From an uncultured Candidatus Saccharibacteria bacterium (lineage in GTDB: Bacteria; Patescibacteriota; Minisyncoccia; Minisyncoccales; CAZBVF01), in assembly GCA_964495335.1 (NCBI GenBank), contig CAZBVF010000004.1:1-43601 (forward strand): DNA of 43,601 bases. Reading direction: 5' to 3'. Shown piece after piece: positions 43,371 to 43,601 of this stretch. The first letter of the stretch is position 1. Each line of letters starts with the position of its first letter. The notes beneath the pieces were generated by a model. The model was not told where the DNA came from. It ran no database searches and saw nothing but the letters and a program-made list of their open reading frames with translations. A program made the position numbers and the translations under genes.

Positions 43371-43601
43371 TCTTTTCGTAGAATTACAATACTCTCTTTT
43401 GTCATTGTTTCTTCAAGTTCACCCACGATGTTAGTTGGTGAATTTTTCATTGGCATTCTTTTCCCTGGAATATTTCTAACAAAAATATCTTCACAAGTAA
43501 AGCCAATTTTTTGAGCTAATTCCGCAATAATAAAATCAGTAGGTATTCTAACCTGCTTAACAAGTCTGTTACCTATTACAATACAGAAATATTTTTTTGG
43601 T
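43367..43601 (-). CDS. C-terminal fragment (77 aa) of a convergent gene, probably the cognate DNA methyltransferase; 5' end lies outside the window
   Basis: Hand translation of the - strand gives PKKYFCIVIGNRLVKQVRIPTDFIIAELAQKIGFTCEDIFVRNIPGKRMPMKNSPTNIVGELEETMTKESIVILRKD*. It resembles the region after motif IV of amino-methyltransferases. The stop overlaps the REase stop. Confidence 0.45.
   Translation of the reverse strand, partial: PKKYFCIVIGNRLVKQVRIPTDFIIAELAQKIGFTCEDIFVRNIPGKRMPMKNSPTNIVGELEETMTKESIVILRKD

Noticed and set aside
1-43601. Alternative genetic code (UGA recoded, as in some CPR lineages)
   Set aside because: Several well-supported genes end at TGA exactly where homologues end, for example E1 alpha at 1721..1723, gatA at 40458..40460 and the sigma-r4 protein at 15374..15376. 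No ORF requires TGA read-through.

Overview
Visibly AT-rich, tightly packed bacterial chromosomal segment, almost all on the + strand. TGA is used as a stop codon, so this is the standard code. The gene content and compact proteins look like a reduced-genome Patescibacteria/CPR-type organism; this placement is inference from features such as archaeal-type ProRS and ApgM, PduL in place of Pta, a short L13, and many CPR-style membrane hypotheticals.

Layout:
- 79-7642: a translationally coupled glycan operon. It holds a PglC-like phosphoglycosyl transferase, an E1 alpha/beta TPP enzyme pair, a DegT aminotransferase, a PglF/CapD dehydratase and a Wzy_C+TPR membrane protein.
- 7643-9464: murB flanked by structured intergenic RNA candidates, a Lys-rich micro-ORF and hpf.
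- 9564-14314: secA-secDF.
- 14375-17060: an orphan sigma-region-4/HARE-HTH protein, translationally coupled to a membrane hypothetical, followed by a lone receiver.
- 17067-24632: apgM, a thiol-redox pair, gap, pduL-ackA and ppsA.
- 24679-28742: the alpha-operon ribosomal block (infA-rpmJ-rpsM-rpsK-rpsD-rpoA-rplQ-rplM-rpsI).
- 28820-40971: mpg, a PEGA protein (- strand), murA, mreB, holB, a strongly signalled 76-aa orphan, frr, rseP, proS, a second mreB, gatCA and a hypothetical.
- 41021-43601: accessory end. A tRNA cluster (fMet, CAT, Asp) carries a free-standing LAGLIDADG endonuclease gene that reads through tRNA-Asp. It is followed by a C-protein / BcnI-MvaI-like restriction endonuclease / convergent partial methyltransferase module.

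No CRISPR array, rRNA or transposase was seen. The candidates I rate most worth follow-up are the tRNA-embedded homing endonuclease plus R-M island, the sigma-r4/HARE-HTH + membrane protein pair, the E1 alpha/beta pair inside the sugar operon, and the promoter-to-terminator mini-units around murB and at 34050-34389.
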